Of a DNA stretch of 35,421 nt, positions 1 to 12,420 are shown piece by piece. This DNA comes from Octopus sinensis. Lineage: Eukaryota. The position numbers and the translations under genes were made by a program. The stretch's first letter is position 1. Every line of letters begins with the position of its first letter. The notes under the pieces were generated by a model that made no database searches, was not told the origin of the DNA, and worked only from the letters and a program-made list of their open reading frames with translations. The stretch is taken from positions 1-35,421 of the forward strand of contig NW_021836879.1 of the NCBI RefSeq assembly GCF_006345805.1, written 5' to 3'.

Positions 1-177
1 CGCTTTAAGCTCTATAATTTATATTCATTTTTACAATTTTTCTTCAAAAAATATTTCTATCAGATATATCTCTTTTTCAATATTATTTATTTTGTGAATA
101 ATTTTTTTTATTACTTTCATTACATTATTGTTTTGTAAATTTTACTTTAACACTTAACTTCGAATATTTTTGTCGTT

Positions 178-439
<262 letters not shown>

Positions 440-574
440 TATGTCTCTATGCGTGTATATGTACGTTTTAAAGCCTGTGTGTCCTATATTTCATGTGCAA
501 CTATGTTTTTTTATATCTTTTTTTCATTTAAATTTCTCGCCTCGTTTTGATATCTCTCTTTATGTGTATCTTTT

Positions 575-827
575 CATTTTTCTTTCTCTCTCTCTCTCTC
601 TTGTTCTTTTCTACAGACACGCACACATGCACACACACACACACACACACACATATATGCACATACACATGTATGTACATATATGCATATATAAATTAAC
701 GTAGACATTTTCATGTATATATGTATGTGTATACATACATACCTATACACATATATATATGTATGTATATATATATATGTATATATACACACACACGTAT
801 ATATATGCATGCTGATGGAATAAAGGT

Positions 828-897
<70 letters not shown>

Positions 898-905
898 TAT
901 ATATA
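575..905. repeat. (CT)n/(CA)n/(TA)n compound microsatellite
   Basis: Direct reading. Confidence 0.95.
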
Positions 906-1190
906 ACGGAATTCAAAGAGGCGGCATGCGTTCGTTTGTGTCAGCAAAAAGTTCCATTTCTTCATAAAAATGAAAGTTACGGTGTCGCGTCAGGGAGTGT
1001 GAATGTGTGTATGTGTTTGTGTGTCCGTGTAATTTCTGGTGTTCCTCAGAAAGACCAGCTTAAAAGAGAGGAAACATTTTGTTATAACTGTTGTGAAATA
1101 CGCGCCAAAAGTTTCCTCTTCAATGAAGAAGGACTTTGTCAGAAACGTCAAAACTTGTAACCGTAATGGCATTAATTTATGTAATGATAA

Positions 1191-1406
1191 GGCGGCGAGC
1201 TGGCAGAATCGTTAGCGCGCAGGGTAAAATACTTAGAGTCATTTCGTCCGTTCTTACGTTCTGAGTTCAAATTCAACCGAGGTCGACTCTGCCTTTCATG
1301 CGCTCGGAGTCGCTAAAATTAGTACCAGATGTATACTGGGGTCTATGTAAACGACTAAACCCCTCTCTAAAATTTCAGGCTTTGTGCCCATAGTAGAAAA
1401 AATTAT
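1191..1406 (+). mobile_element. tRNA-derived SINE, family A (central domain resembling Nin/Deu-type SINEs)
   Basis: Head ggcggcgagctggcagaatcgttagc, B-box-like gagttcaaat, core gaggtcgactctgcctttcat, tail ttgtgcccatagtagaaaa. Flanked by the 11-bp direct repeat tttatgtaatg (1176-1186 and 1407-1417), a likely TSD. Confidence 0.9.
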
Positions 1407-1507
1407 TTTATGTAATGTTAGTCATACGTATGTTTACGCGCACACACACGGACGCGCGTGTATCTAAAACAATTTTTGACTAAGTCCTTTACCGTTCAAG
1501 TAAATGC

Positions 1508-1722
1508 TCTTTTCTACTCTAGGCACAAGGCCTAAAATTTTGGGGTAGGAGGCCAGTCGATTAGATCGACTCCAGTACGCAACTGGTACTTAATTTATCG
1601 ACCTCGAAAGGATGAAAGGCAAAGTCGACCTCGGCGGAGTTTGAACTCAGAACATAAAGACAGATGAAATACCGCTGAGCTTTTCGCTCGGTGTGCTAAC
1701 GTTTCTGCCTGCTCGCCGCCTT
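1508..1722 (-). mobile_element. SINE family A, full length
   Basis: Reverse complement of the same head, core and tail (…gctcgccgcctt at the right end, tttctactctaggcacaagg at the left). Confidence 0.92.
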
Positions 1723-1737
1723 ACAAACGCTGAAATA

Positions 1738-1860
1738 TTCTTGTCTACTTTAGGCACAAGGCTCCAAAGTTTTGGGGAGAGTGCCAGTCGTTTGATCGAC
1801 CCCAGTACGCAATTGGTACTTAATTAATCGACCCCGAAAAGATGAAAGGTAAAGTCGATC
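1738..1860 (-). mobile_element. SINE family A, 3' half
   Basis: Tail and core (gatgaaaggtaaagtcga) without a head; abuts the truncated mariner. Confidence 0.85.
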
Positions 1861-2487
1861 TACGCAAAATTTTCAAAAAGTATTCATCGTTCGCGGTGCA
1901 ATCAAATAGATATTGTGCAACAGAAACCCGAGTGTCTTTGTGGTCAGCTGAAAGCAGTTTTAGCACAAACTTGGCTGACACGCGTTTCACCCAAATCTTC
2001 AGTGATAAAGGACTGAACTGAATGGTAATAAATCTGAACATAATCTGATAACTTACGGATGGCAATTCGATGATTTCCCCTCTCAGCTGCACGCACACCG
2101 GTGATGATTTTCTTAGTCCTGCTGGTTGCGGGTCTCCCAGAACGTTCGTCACTATTAACATTTTTCTGCCATCTTGGAAACGTCTGAACCACTCGTATAC
2201 TTGTGTGTGGCTCATACCCTCCTCTCTATGCACTTTCTGCAACTTTGCGTAGGTCTCTGAGCAGGTATCGCCATGACAACTTCCTCTGTCATGGTCAATG
2301 CAACGATCACACGCTACACACCTTCCTTCCAAGCACTGCTGCAAACAGCGGAAGTGAGCTAGAATGCTAAAACGTAATGCACAGACACAGGAGAGTTCAT
2401 AGTCAATCTGTGCCAAGCAGCTTTACTCTACGTGCTTTAGCTTCGTTGCTATTGCAACTGTCCGGATACTATTGATCAGACCTCGTA
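1861..2487 (-). mobile_element. Degenerate mariner transposon: 5' TIR plus frameshifted N-terminal transposase
   Basis: ETYAKLQKVHREEGMSHTQVYEWFRRFQDGR (mariner HTH), then in another frame DERSGRPATSRTKK…SFITEDLG, then RVSAKFVLKLLSADHKDTRV. Minus-strand end TA+cgaggtctgatcaatagtatccggac (about 2459-2487) is a mariner-type TIR with TA target. The catalytic domain is missing. Confidence 0.92.
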
Positions 2488-2494
2488 TATATAA

Positions 2495-2580
2495 GAAACC
2501 TCTTTCATTTTCCATCTACCAAATCCACTCACAAGCCTTTGGTCGGACCGAGTCTAGGAGACATGCCCCAGGTACCTCAC
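2495..2580 (-). mobile_element. SINE family B fragment
   Basis: ccatctaccaaatccactcacaagcctttggtcgg matches 18760-18800 of the full copy. Confidence 0.75.
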
Positions 2581-3239
2581 TGTAGTTTTAGAAAATATTC
2601 CTCTACATAAAAGTGATAAGTTGTATTTTTTTCTTGGTTGTTTTGTCGGTTTTCTTTCAAGAAAAATCCCTGGGAACGTATTATCACTTTATAAAATGAA
2701 AATTAATTTCATGTTACAAGATTTCGCGTCACAGCAACTTTTTCTGGAACGTATTATTTCCTTACCGCCGGTAATTTCCCGTTTTTAATTGTTCCCGTGT
2801 AGTATCGACCCCGAAAGGATAAAAGACGTAATTAATTTTGATAGGATTTGAACTTAAATCGTGAAAAGAATATAGATAAGTACAGAAAAGTATTTTGTCA
2901 AGCTCTGTATCAATTCTGATATACACGATTCTAGTATTTTTGAAATATTACCATCGGTCAATATGGGTTATTAGCTGATCGAACAATCCACTGGAAATGG
3001 ATTCGAGATAGTCTAAAGCCATATTTCTTACGCCATTCTTTATTTACCATAATCAGAACCAGATCTTAAGCGGAACCTTGACGTCAAAGAAGAATCATCA
3101 ATATCTATGTGGATTGAATATCAATCCGGATACCGGATTTAGTTTCTAAAATATTTATATATAAACGCTATGTACGTCCCAGAAAATGTAATTGAATGCG
3201 TATTGCGTGCGTAGAACCATAAACACATTCTAATCGTGC

Positions 3240-3429
3240 GTGAATGTACGCACGTGTGTGTGTATGTATGTGCGGTGTGCTTGTGTGTTTGGTGTGCGTA
3301 TGTGTGTGTGTGTGTGTGTGTGTGCGCGTGGGTTTGGTTGTGGAGTATGCGGGCGTGTGTGTATGTTTGTGTGCGTGTGCGAGAGATACATACGTATATA
3401 AATATATACCTGTGCATGCATGTATGTAC

Positions 3430-3505
<76 letters not shown>

Positions 3506-3650
3506 ATTACTATACATTATGTACATACATGCATACATGCATACATGCATACATGCAAACATACATACATACATACATACATGCAAACCTACATACATAC
3601 ATACATACATACATACATACATACATACATACAAACATACATACATAGAA
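3240..3650. repeat. (GT)n, (ATCT)n and (ACAT)n microsatellites
   Basis: Direct reading. Confidence 0.95.
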
Positions 3651-3834
3651 TGAACACTTAAGTGTAAACAAGCAGAAGAAAAGGGTTGCATTGAAGACAG
3701 AAACAAGAGTTATGTATAACTTATTGAATACTGAAACTTCAAAAATTATTAACGCGAGTTTTTCGTTGCTGATATTTAAAAGACAATCAACCGTAGTTAG
3801 GCCACGAGGAACATTTTGTGAAGTTCCATCTTCT

Positions 3835-3835
<1 letters not shown>

Positions 3836-3915
<80 letters not shown>
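3836..3915. repeat. (CA)n microsatellite
   Basis: Direct reading. Confidence 0.98.
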
Positions 3916-3918
<3 letters not shown>

Positions 3919-4084
3919 AAACTGTTCTCTGAGGAAGGTTGAGCATTTTCAACATCTACTACACGGCTCTTAATACGCATAATGGTGAAACGTGCGTAGG
4001 AACTTAGTTCGTAACTGGTAATCCTACTCAGAATAGCTATTAATTAACATCTATACAGAAAGCAGATTGGATTTTGAACAATTA

Positions 4085-4242
4085 TAACATTAGTGTTGTT
4101 GAGAACGCTGCAGTTGTTGTTGTTCTTCAAGTTGTCCTCCTTCTTTTCTTTGTTTTCATCATGATTATGATGATGATGATGATCTTCGTCATTGTCTTCG
4201 TCGACATCATCATCATCGTCATCGTCATCATCATCATCGTCG

Positions 4243-4283
<41 letters not shown>

Positions 4284-4745
4284 GTCGTCGTCATCACCAT
4301 CGTCATCATCATCATCATCATCATCGTCATCGTCGTCGTCATCATCAGCATTGTCATCACCTTCATCATCATCATCATCATCATTGTCATCACTGTCTTG
4401 GTAGTCATTGTCGTCAACGTCATTGTCGTTTTCGCCGTCGTCTTCACCATGTCTTCGCCATTGTCATCGTCATCATCATCATCATCATCACTTTCGTCGC
4501 CGTCGTCGTCCTCTACTCTACTACTACTACTACTACTACCACGACCACGACGACGACGACGACGACGACGACGACCACCACCACCACCACCACTACTGCT
4601 CTCCCACCTCCCCTCCCCTCCTCCTCCTCCTCCTCCTCCACGGACGGTGGCGGCGGCGGCAACGGTGGCAGTGGGAATGATGGCGGTGGTGACAGTGGTG
4701 GCGATGGTGGTATTGGCCCTGATGCTGATAGCAACAGCAGTGGCA

Positions 4746-4777
<32 letters not shown>

Positions 4778-5130
4778 GGTGGTGGCGGCGACGGTGGTGG
4801 CGATGGTAGTGGCGGTGGTGATGATGGTGGTGGCAGCAGTAGTAGCTGCGGCAGTGGTTGTTATGGTGTTGTTGGCAGTGGTGACGGTGGGGACGACGGT
4901 AGTGATGATGATGTCAGTGGCTGTGGTGGTGTCGATGGAGCTGGTGGTGTTGGTTTATGCTAACGGAAGATGTAACAGAAGCAGCAGTTTTGGATAAGGA
5001 AATGGTGACGAAGACAAGTTGTGACGACAACATCAACAACAACAAGAACCACAACAACAAGAACAAGAACAACAAGAACGAACGAACAACAACAACAACA
5101 GCAGCACAACAACAATAACAATAACAACGC
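4085..5130. repeat. Compound trinucleotide low-complexity tract (CAT/CGT, CTA/CGA/CCA/CCT, GGT/GGC/GAT, CAA)
   Basis: Direct reading; source of the 307-aa homopolymer ORF. Confidence 0.93.
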
Positions 5131-5620
5131 AATCAAAAAATGACAATAATTCGCATGAAATAATTAGCACCAATATTTTGCTTTTTTTTTACCTTTTGTC
5201 TTGTTTATATTTGTCTTTCTATTATTTTTCTTTTGTCTGCGAAAAGGATAAACACAGAAGTGACGCAGAGGTGCCGCGAAGGTGATGCAGAGGTGATACG
5301 AAGGTGACTCTGTGCCCTGGTTTGAATGACAGATGAGGCAATGATACATTCTGATGGTGTAAATATGTTACTGAACAAGCAACGAAATGCTCGTTGGAGT
5401 ATTGGATAAAATATCTTACGGTATTTGGATTCTGTACCTTGAGTTCAAATCATGCCGAGGCCAACAGTGCTTTTCATACCATTAAGATCAATAAAAAAAA
5501 TACCTGTTTCATGCTACGAATGATGGTTCTGTTCTCTCTTCTCCCTCTCTTGACAAATTAAGCAGAGTTCTTAAACAATCGGACAAAATGATTTGAGATA
5601 TTTAAAACGTTACGGTTCTT

Positions 5621-5965
5621 TACATTCTGAGTTAAACTCCAGCTGAGATCGGCTTTACTTTTTATCCTTCTGGGGTCGATAAACTAAAGTACATAAAAAA
5701 TTTCGACAAACTAAAAGCTAGTGGGGTCAGTTTAATCGATAAGTCCCTCCCTCTTTACATTCTTATTTGAAATCCAACCGAGCCCAGTTCTGTTTTTCAT
5801 TCTTTTGAGGTCGATAAAATAAAGTACCTGTAAACTAAAAACTTCGACAAACTAAGAGCTGCTGTGGTCAATATAATCGATTAGCCCCTTGCCTTTTATA
5901 TTCTAAATTCAGATCCAGCCGAGGCGGGCTTTGCTTTTCATACTTTCGGGGTTGATACACTAAAA
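5621..5965 (+). repeat. Tandem trimer (135-141 bp period) of a SINE-A core variant
   Basis: Units start at 5621, 5756 and 5897 (ta(c/t)attct…tcca(g/a)c(c/t)gag…gg(t)cgata). Units 1 and 2 share the insert ttcgacaaactaa(a/g)agct. Confidence 0.8.
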
Positions 5966-5973
5966 TAAATGCA

Positions 5974-6647
5974 AACAAGAGCACTCAGAGAGGGCAAACC
6001 TCCGCCAAGGCAACACCAACGTCCTCTCAACGATTAGCGGAGATGATTTTTAAAATGAGAATATCTGAAACTACTCTCACAAACAAGAATACTAAAAATG
6101 AACCCGGCCACTCTCAAAAATTAAGTGAAAAAAAAAAAAGAAAAATAATCCAGAATCCTTGTCCAGTACCTGGTCGATCCCAATGCTAGTCATGGAATGT
6201 GAAGGTGGCTGTAGAAAATTTAATAACAGTAATAAATAGCTTATCTTTATCTAAGCAAGCCAAAGTTAACAAATTCACCATTCAAAATAGTTACAGTCTA
6301 AAGGGAGATAATTGAGAAAGACTTGAAAGTTAACGTAAGATTGTAATCATGTAAATTAAAGTAAATATAAAAGCTAATCCAAAATCGACTGCTCTCACAA
6401 ACAAGAATACTAAATATGAATCCGACCGCTCTCAAAAATTAAGTAAAAAAATAAAGGAAAATTAATCCAGAATCCTTGTCTGGTACCGGATCGATCCCCA
6501 AATCTAATCAGTTCGTGCCAGTTACAAGGCCAAACATCTCTAAAAGTTTCATCCGAATCCATCCAACGATTCTTGAGATATTTTCTCCACAGACAAACGA
6601 GCTAACAAACAAACGCGACTGAAAACATTATGCTAAGCCGGAGGTAA
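5974..6647 (+). mobile_element. Non-autonomous Helentron/DINE-like (HINE-like) element with internal duplication
   Basis: Starts aacaagagcactcagagag. Subterminal inverted repeat acctccg (5998-6004) / cggaggt (6639-6645), an (ACAA)n tract just before the 3' end, and a ~113-bp core repeated at 6071-6183 and 6389-6501. The class assignment rests on architecture only. Confidence 0.65.
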
Positions 6648-7100
6648 TTAAAAGCTGGTGGGATTAACTTCTGCTCCCGAAATTTCAGGACTTGTGCCCA
6701 TAAATAGAAAAATTTTTTCTATAGTTTCTCTAAAATAATCAAGCATTTGCACTAATGGTGATGCCAAAAGTATAGCAACAGCCTCTGGCTAAAACCGATA
6801 ACAGAATAACTGAATAACAAAATAATAAAACTTATATGAATTGGTTTGGCAGCTGCGCTGTGAGAAGCTGGTGGAAGACTTCTTTTTGTGTCTGCAATGT
6901 CGTAAAGTATACGAAACACTACTGACATAATTAATGCTCTACTGACCGGATGGGAGACCCACCCACACTCCAGCGGCTGATGGTTCTGTAGATGATGATG
7001 GCATATAATTGGAAGTAATTAGGAATATCCTGTAATTGCATTACTTGTGTCATTCTTGGATTGCGGCCATGTCAGGGCATCACATTGAAAGATTCTAGAC

Positions 7101-7271
7101 CAGTGATTCTTAACCGAGGTCTATATGGCCCCTGGGATCCATATAAAAATTTTAGGGGCCCATTTAACAAAATAGTTAATAAAGGCTCCTTGAAAAAATT
7201 TTCATCTAGACGTATGTATTAGTATGTATTGTAAGAAACAACTAGGTTTCTTTCTCTAACATTTTACATAG
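7101..7271 (+). mobile_element. Left part of a hAT-type MITE
   Basis: cagtgattcttaacc resembles hAT/Charlie TIRs and follows ttctagac, which fits the NTCTAGAN target preference. No right TIR found. Confidence 0.5.
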
Positions 7272-7475
7272 TGTTTGTCCTCCCAACATCGCTTGACAAC
7301 CGATGCTGGTGTGTTTACGTCCCCCGTAACTTAGCGGTTCGGCAAAAGAGATCCGATAGAATAAGTACTAGGCTTACAAAGAATAAGTCCTGGGGTCGAT
7401 TTGCTCGACTAAAGGCGGTGCTCCAACATGACCGCTTCCAACTGACTGGAACAAGTAAAAGAGTAAAAGAGTAAA
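7272..7475 (+). mobile_element. SINE family B, 3' half with (GAGTAAAA)n tail
   Basis: Near-identical to the reverse complement of 18463-18690. Confidence 0.9.
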
Positions 7476-7504
7476 GAATAATAGAAGACTTTCTTGGGAG
7501 GGGA

Positions 7505-7680
7505 TAAAAATATAGAGACAAAGAGAAAGAGAGAGAGAGTGAGGGGGGAAGAGAAAAAGAGAGAAAGAGAGAGAAAGTGAGAGTGAACGTGAGTGGAAAG
7601 AAATACACAGAGATAGAAATTGAGGGGACCGAGAAAGATGGAGAGAGAGAGAGGGAGAGAAAAGAGAGAGACAGAGAGGA
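7505..7680. repeat. (GA)n-rich purine tract
   Basis: Direct reading. Confidence 0.9.
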
Positions 7681-7944
7681 TACAGGTAAAAACGGAAAGG
7701 AGGAGTTTGAAAAAGGGCGACAGCGGTGTTAGTTTCCTTCTTAGCTGTAGGGGTTAAAAGGTCCCTCAGATATAGAAATGGAAAAAATCAGCAACAGATA
7801 GGGAGATAATTCAAATGAACTTTCTCATACTGTTTATTCCCTTACTGGGAATAAAATAAGGGCCGTCAGCTAAAACGAATACAAATCACCCGAGTTCTTT
7901 AAGAAGAGAAGATGTAGGAGGGACGTCATCACCCTCTCTCTCCC

Positions 7945-8649
7945 TCTACACACACGCGCGTACACACACACACATATGCACGCACGCACACATACAAACA
8001 TACACACGCACATATATATTAGTTATATTTGCACACACATACATATGTGTGTGTGTGTGTGTATCTAAGTACCCATGCATGTATTTGTATATGAATATAT
8101 CAGATAGATGTTTATATATGATATATATATATATGTAAATATATATGCATATATATTTATTTATACACACACATACATATCTATACATATATATATATGT
8201 ATATATAAAATATAAATATAAATAAATAAATAAATAATAAATATATATGTATATATATATATATATAAATATATATATATTCATATATATATATACATAC
8301 ATACATATAGTATATATATTATATATATGTAACAATTTTCTTTAATCAGTGGGATATATATAAAGATACCTGAATTCTTTGTCTTTCATTTTTCTTTTTG
8401 TGTATCTGCTTACACACACACACAAACACACAAACACACAGAGTCATTTATATTCATACACACGCACATACACACGTATGTAAGTGTGTATGGAGTATAC
8501 TATTAATGTGTGGGAGGAAGTATGGGAAATATGGCCTTCAAAGTGTATTTACTGGTATATGTGTATACACACGCACACATACATGCGCGTACAGGTTTTT
8601 TTGTATATAAATATATGTATATATTTGTATACATATATGTATGTACTAC

Positions 8650-8731
<82 letters not shown>

Positions 8732-9240
8732 TATATGTTACATATTATATATATATATATATACATGTATGTATGCATCCATATATATCAAATATATTCA
8801 TGTATGTATATCTTATATTATTCTATAATTATCAACACACGCAGCCACTCCTCCCATTATTCAACGCACAGTTACGTAGAAACTCTCTCGATACATACAA
8901 ACACACACATACATGCATACATCCATACATACATACATAAATAATACATACATACATACATATACATATATACATATATACATATATTATATATTTGCAT
9001 ACATGCATATATATGTACATATATACATACATATATATATATATAGATATATATACACGCATACATACATATAATAGACATATACATATACATATATATA
9101 CATATATACGTGATATATATATATATATATATAAATTATATTATATATATATATATACATACGTATATTATACATATATATACATACATATATATATATA
9201 TACGTATATATATATGTATGTATATATTTACATATTTTAC

Positions 9241-9274
<34 letters not shown>

Positions 9275-9466
9275 TTACCTATTCATATATGTGTATATAT
9301 ATCTGTGTTATCTATTTTTCTATTTATATATTTCTACCTATCTATCAACATCTATATATATGAATATATGCGCACGTATAAAATAACTACATTTAAATTA
9401 TATATATATATATAAAATATAATATTATATATATATAATATATAAGCATTTATATATATATATATA

Positions 9467-9505
<39 letters not shown>
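7945..9505. repeat. Extended (TA)n/(CA)n/(TACA)n low-complexity region
   Basis: Direct reading; all ORFs here are IY/MYV repeats. Confidence 0.95.
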
Positions 9506-9779
9506 GCATGTTAATTTGGCATAAGAAAGGCTGTATGACCTGCGGGATATACATTATATATGTCTGTTGTCAAATTATTATTAGAAAGCAGTGACGAAGT
9601 AATTTAAAAAATAGATATTTTACGTTGTTCGTTACTAAAATCACTGCGGGGTACACTTGATAATATTGTAATGGCGTCTACAAATGAAAATCACGTGATG
9701 TCAACGCACCTCTCTTGAGGGGTGGAAAAGTGTTTGCGAATATGTGTCTGATTTCTGATATCTGTTAGGTATTGGCGAA

Positions 9780-9849
9780 TGTCTGTATGTCTGTATGTAT
9801 GTATGTATGTATGTATGTATGTATGTATGTATGTATGTATGTATGTATA

Positions 9850-9883
<34 letters not shown>

Positions 9884-9970
9884 TTGTCTATCTATCTATA
9901 TACGAGATATATATTTATACATAAACGCTTACATATGACTATATATTTACATATTTATGTGATATATATG

Positions 9971-10015
<45 letters not shown>

Positions 10016-10250
10016 CATATATAGACGGACATTACGCGCGTCACGCTCACATGTATATACGCGCGCCCTCATACATACGCACACGTATATGCCCACGTCT
10101 CTAGTCTAGGTATAAGATATTAAAGGATGTGTATAAGAACGTATGTAAAGAATCCCGTGGCGCGCGTATAATATATTATATATATACATTAGCGAATACA
10201 TACACAAAGCATCCACACACACAGACGTATATAAACGCGTGCACACACAT
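9780..10250. repeat. (TATG)n, (TATC)n and (TA)n microsatellites
   Basis: Direct reading. Confidence 0.9.
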
Positions 10251-10279
10251 AAACTACCTTCTTCCACGATCGGAGACAC

Positions 10280-11090
10280 ATCTTTCCTAATATCAATATG
10301 GTTTTCGTTCTTCCACAGATACTATCCATAACGATTATATGCGTTCTCCATCAACGGAAAATATACTGTGGCTAACGCAATATTTTCCATTGGCTTTTTT
10401 TGACCTCATCAAGGCCTTTGATTCCGAAGACCCTAAAGCCCATTGAAAGCCTATTATGGCTTTCCACAAAAATCCATTGCATTCACGCAATGTCTGTATG
10501 AAAACATGAAGCCCAAAATCCGAAATCCGTTTTCTAAAACAGATTAGTTTGAAATTTGAGTTGAAAATAATTTTTATGGCGTATTTATATTCTTCCCTGG
10601 GCAGGACAGCGGTCCGTCGCAGGATTTCTCATTTTTCCCAAGTGAGTGAACTGGAGCAACGTAAAATGAAGTCTGGTCCGGGAATAGAAACCACAATCTA
10701 CGATCAGGAGTCCAACACCCTAACCACTAAGCCAGACAGGAATATATATACGCCTGAAAAGAATATATAGTTATTATGATGCTAGGCTTTTTACCCCCTT
10801 CGTTTCAGTTCTGCTCGCGTTTAGTATGGGAATACTCGCCTCAGATGTTAATCTATTCAACCCTGACAGCCCCGAGCTAGAGCAAAGTCCACGACAGCAT
10901 CAGCAATTGAACTTCAGTACGCAGATAAGACGACAGTTACTGAGATTCTCAGTAAATTACTAACGTTTTTCCTAACGCATATGGGAAAAGGTTCTAACTT
11001 TGAGCGAAGGCTTAACAATAAGCGTCAACAAACACCAGTAAGCATCAACATGCAAGAACCTACCCAACCATTCAAGCAAAAGGACAGGTA
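10280..11090 (+). pseudogene. Degraded reverse transcriptase of an RTE-clade LINE, interrupted by a SINE
   Basis: Motifs in the expected order across frameshifts: QYGFR (10294-10308), LAFFDLIKAFDS (10390-10425), YGFPQKSIAFTQCLYENMK, DVNLFN…RARAKSTTASAIELQYADK (ELQYAD at 10909-10926, i.e. the YADD motif with D to K), GLTISVNK (11009-11032). Confidence 0.88.
10585..10734 (-). mobile_element. SINE family C' copy inserted in the RTE remnant
   Basis: Minus-strand head tggcttagtggttaggg; body matches 11526-11700. Confidence 0.85.
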
Positions 11091-11525
11091 GTAGAAAAAG
11101 AGCAAGTCGAAAACTCCTTGATAAAGCAGTAAACCGTGGCTAGACGATGTCTAAGTGAGATTGTGGTTGTGAAATTTCTACAGTTTGTCCAACGATCTCA
11201 CTAGACATTAACATGTCACGCTTCACTTCATTATTTAACCATACTATATCTACAATGCTGTGAGATAAATGTAGAAAAATATAGAGAATAACTCTGTTAC
11301 CGTAACTGGCAATAATCTATGGCATGTAGGTGGCTGGTTTCATACTTCAATCCCTGAAGCATCCCGACTCATTATCTCTTGTCCTCTCCTTTTCCTTACC
11401 TTGCGGTCTTTACTATGCCCTGTTGTTCCATTACAAAATGTCGGCCAACTGCAATCTTATCCCTTCTCACATCTTCCCCTGCAAGTGGTGATTTACATGA
11501 GTGTAAACGGAAGATTTTGTAGAAT

Positions 11526-11696
11526 CGCGTGGCTTTGTGGCTAGAATGTACTCATGATCGTAAGATTGTAGTTTCGATTCCTGGACCGGGCGATGCGTTG
11601 TGTTCTAGAACCAAACACTTCATTTGACGTTGCTCCAGTTCACTCACTTGGTAAGAATGAGATATCCTGCGACGGACTCGTATCCTGTCCAGGTAA

Positions 11697-11736
<40 letters not shown>

Positions 11737-11775
11737 TAGAGAAACCAGGAAACCAGCCCTATGCTCCTTACGAGT
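11526..11775 (+). mobile_element. SINE family C' copy
   Basis: A-box-like tggctttgtgg, B-box-like gtttcgattcc, body gttgctccagttcactcacttgg, internal (TA)n. Confidence 0.85.
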
Positions 11776-12420
11776 TAATGTGGACTACCCAAACGGAAAT
11801 TAATAGCATCTCCAAGAGACTGTAAAGACCGTGGCCAATACTCTTTCATCATTCTCAACAAAGCAGGTAGCAAAAATACAATTAAAAAACAAAGACAGGG
11901 AATTCGCGGTCTTCCCAATTAGTGCTCGCTTGATATCATAAAAGAAATTAACATTCGAGAAAAGTTGATTGGGAGATTGTTAGGGGACCGGACAAGATGC
12001 TTAATGATATTTTTTCTGGTTCTCGGCGCTCTGAGTTGTTCAAACTCTGCCAATGAAACAAAAAAAAAAAAAAATCCGATAATTCAACAATGGGGCCAAT
12101 GTTGGTTCAGAAACCTGCAATGAGTGGATGAAGATTGTAGCTGCCTGCTACTGATGACGAATGTATCAAGGGACTACAATATCCGAGGTAGCCTTCCGAC
12201 TGTGCGTGAATCGAACAATACTAGGCTGCTATTTCTAGCAGATCGAATGTCCATAATAGACGCCTTCTCTGTATCTGATGGCGATGAGTGTTTATTATTG
12301 ATGTTGTTGTTGTTTAGCACCAATTTAGTTATAATTCCAGTTGACTATGAACAAAAGTGCTGCAACTGTAAACTGTACCTATTATCCACTATTTTCTTCA
12401 GACGTAGTGTACTAAGAGTG

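Noticed and set aside
3123-7855. Small hairpins aatccgg-ata-ccggatt (3123-3139) and tttattccc-ttact-gggaataaa (about 7834-7856)
   Set aside because: Stems of 7-9 bp are expected by chance, and there is no supporting context.
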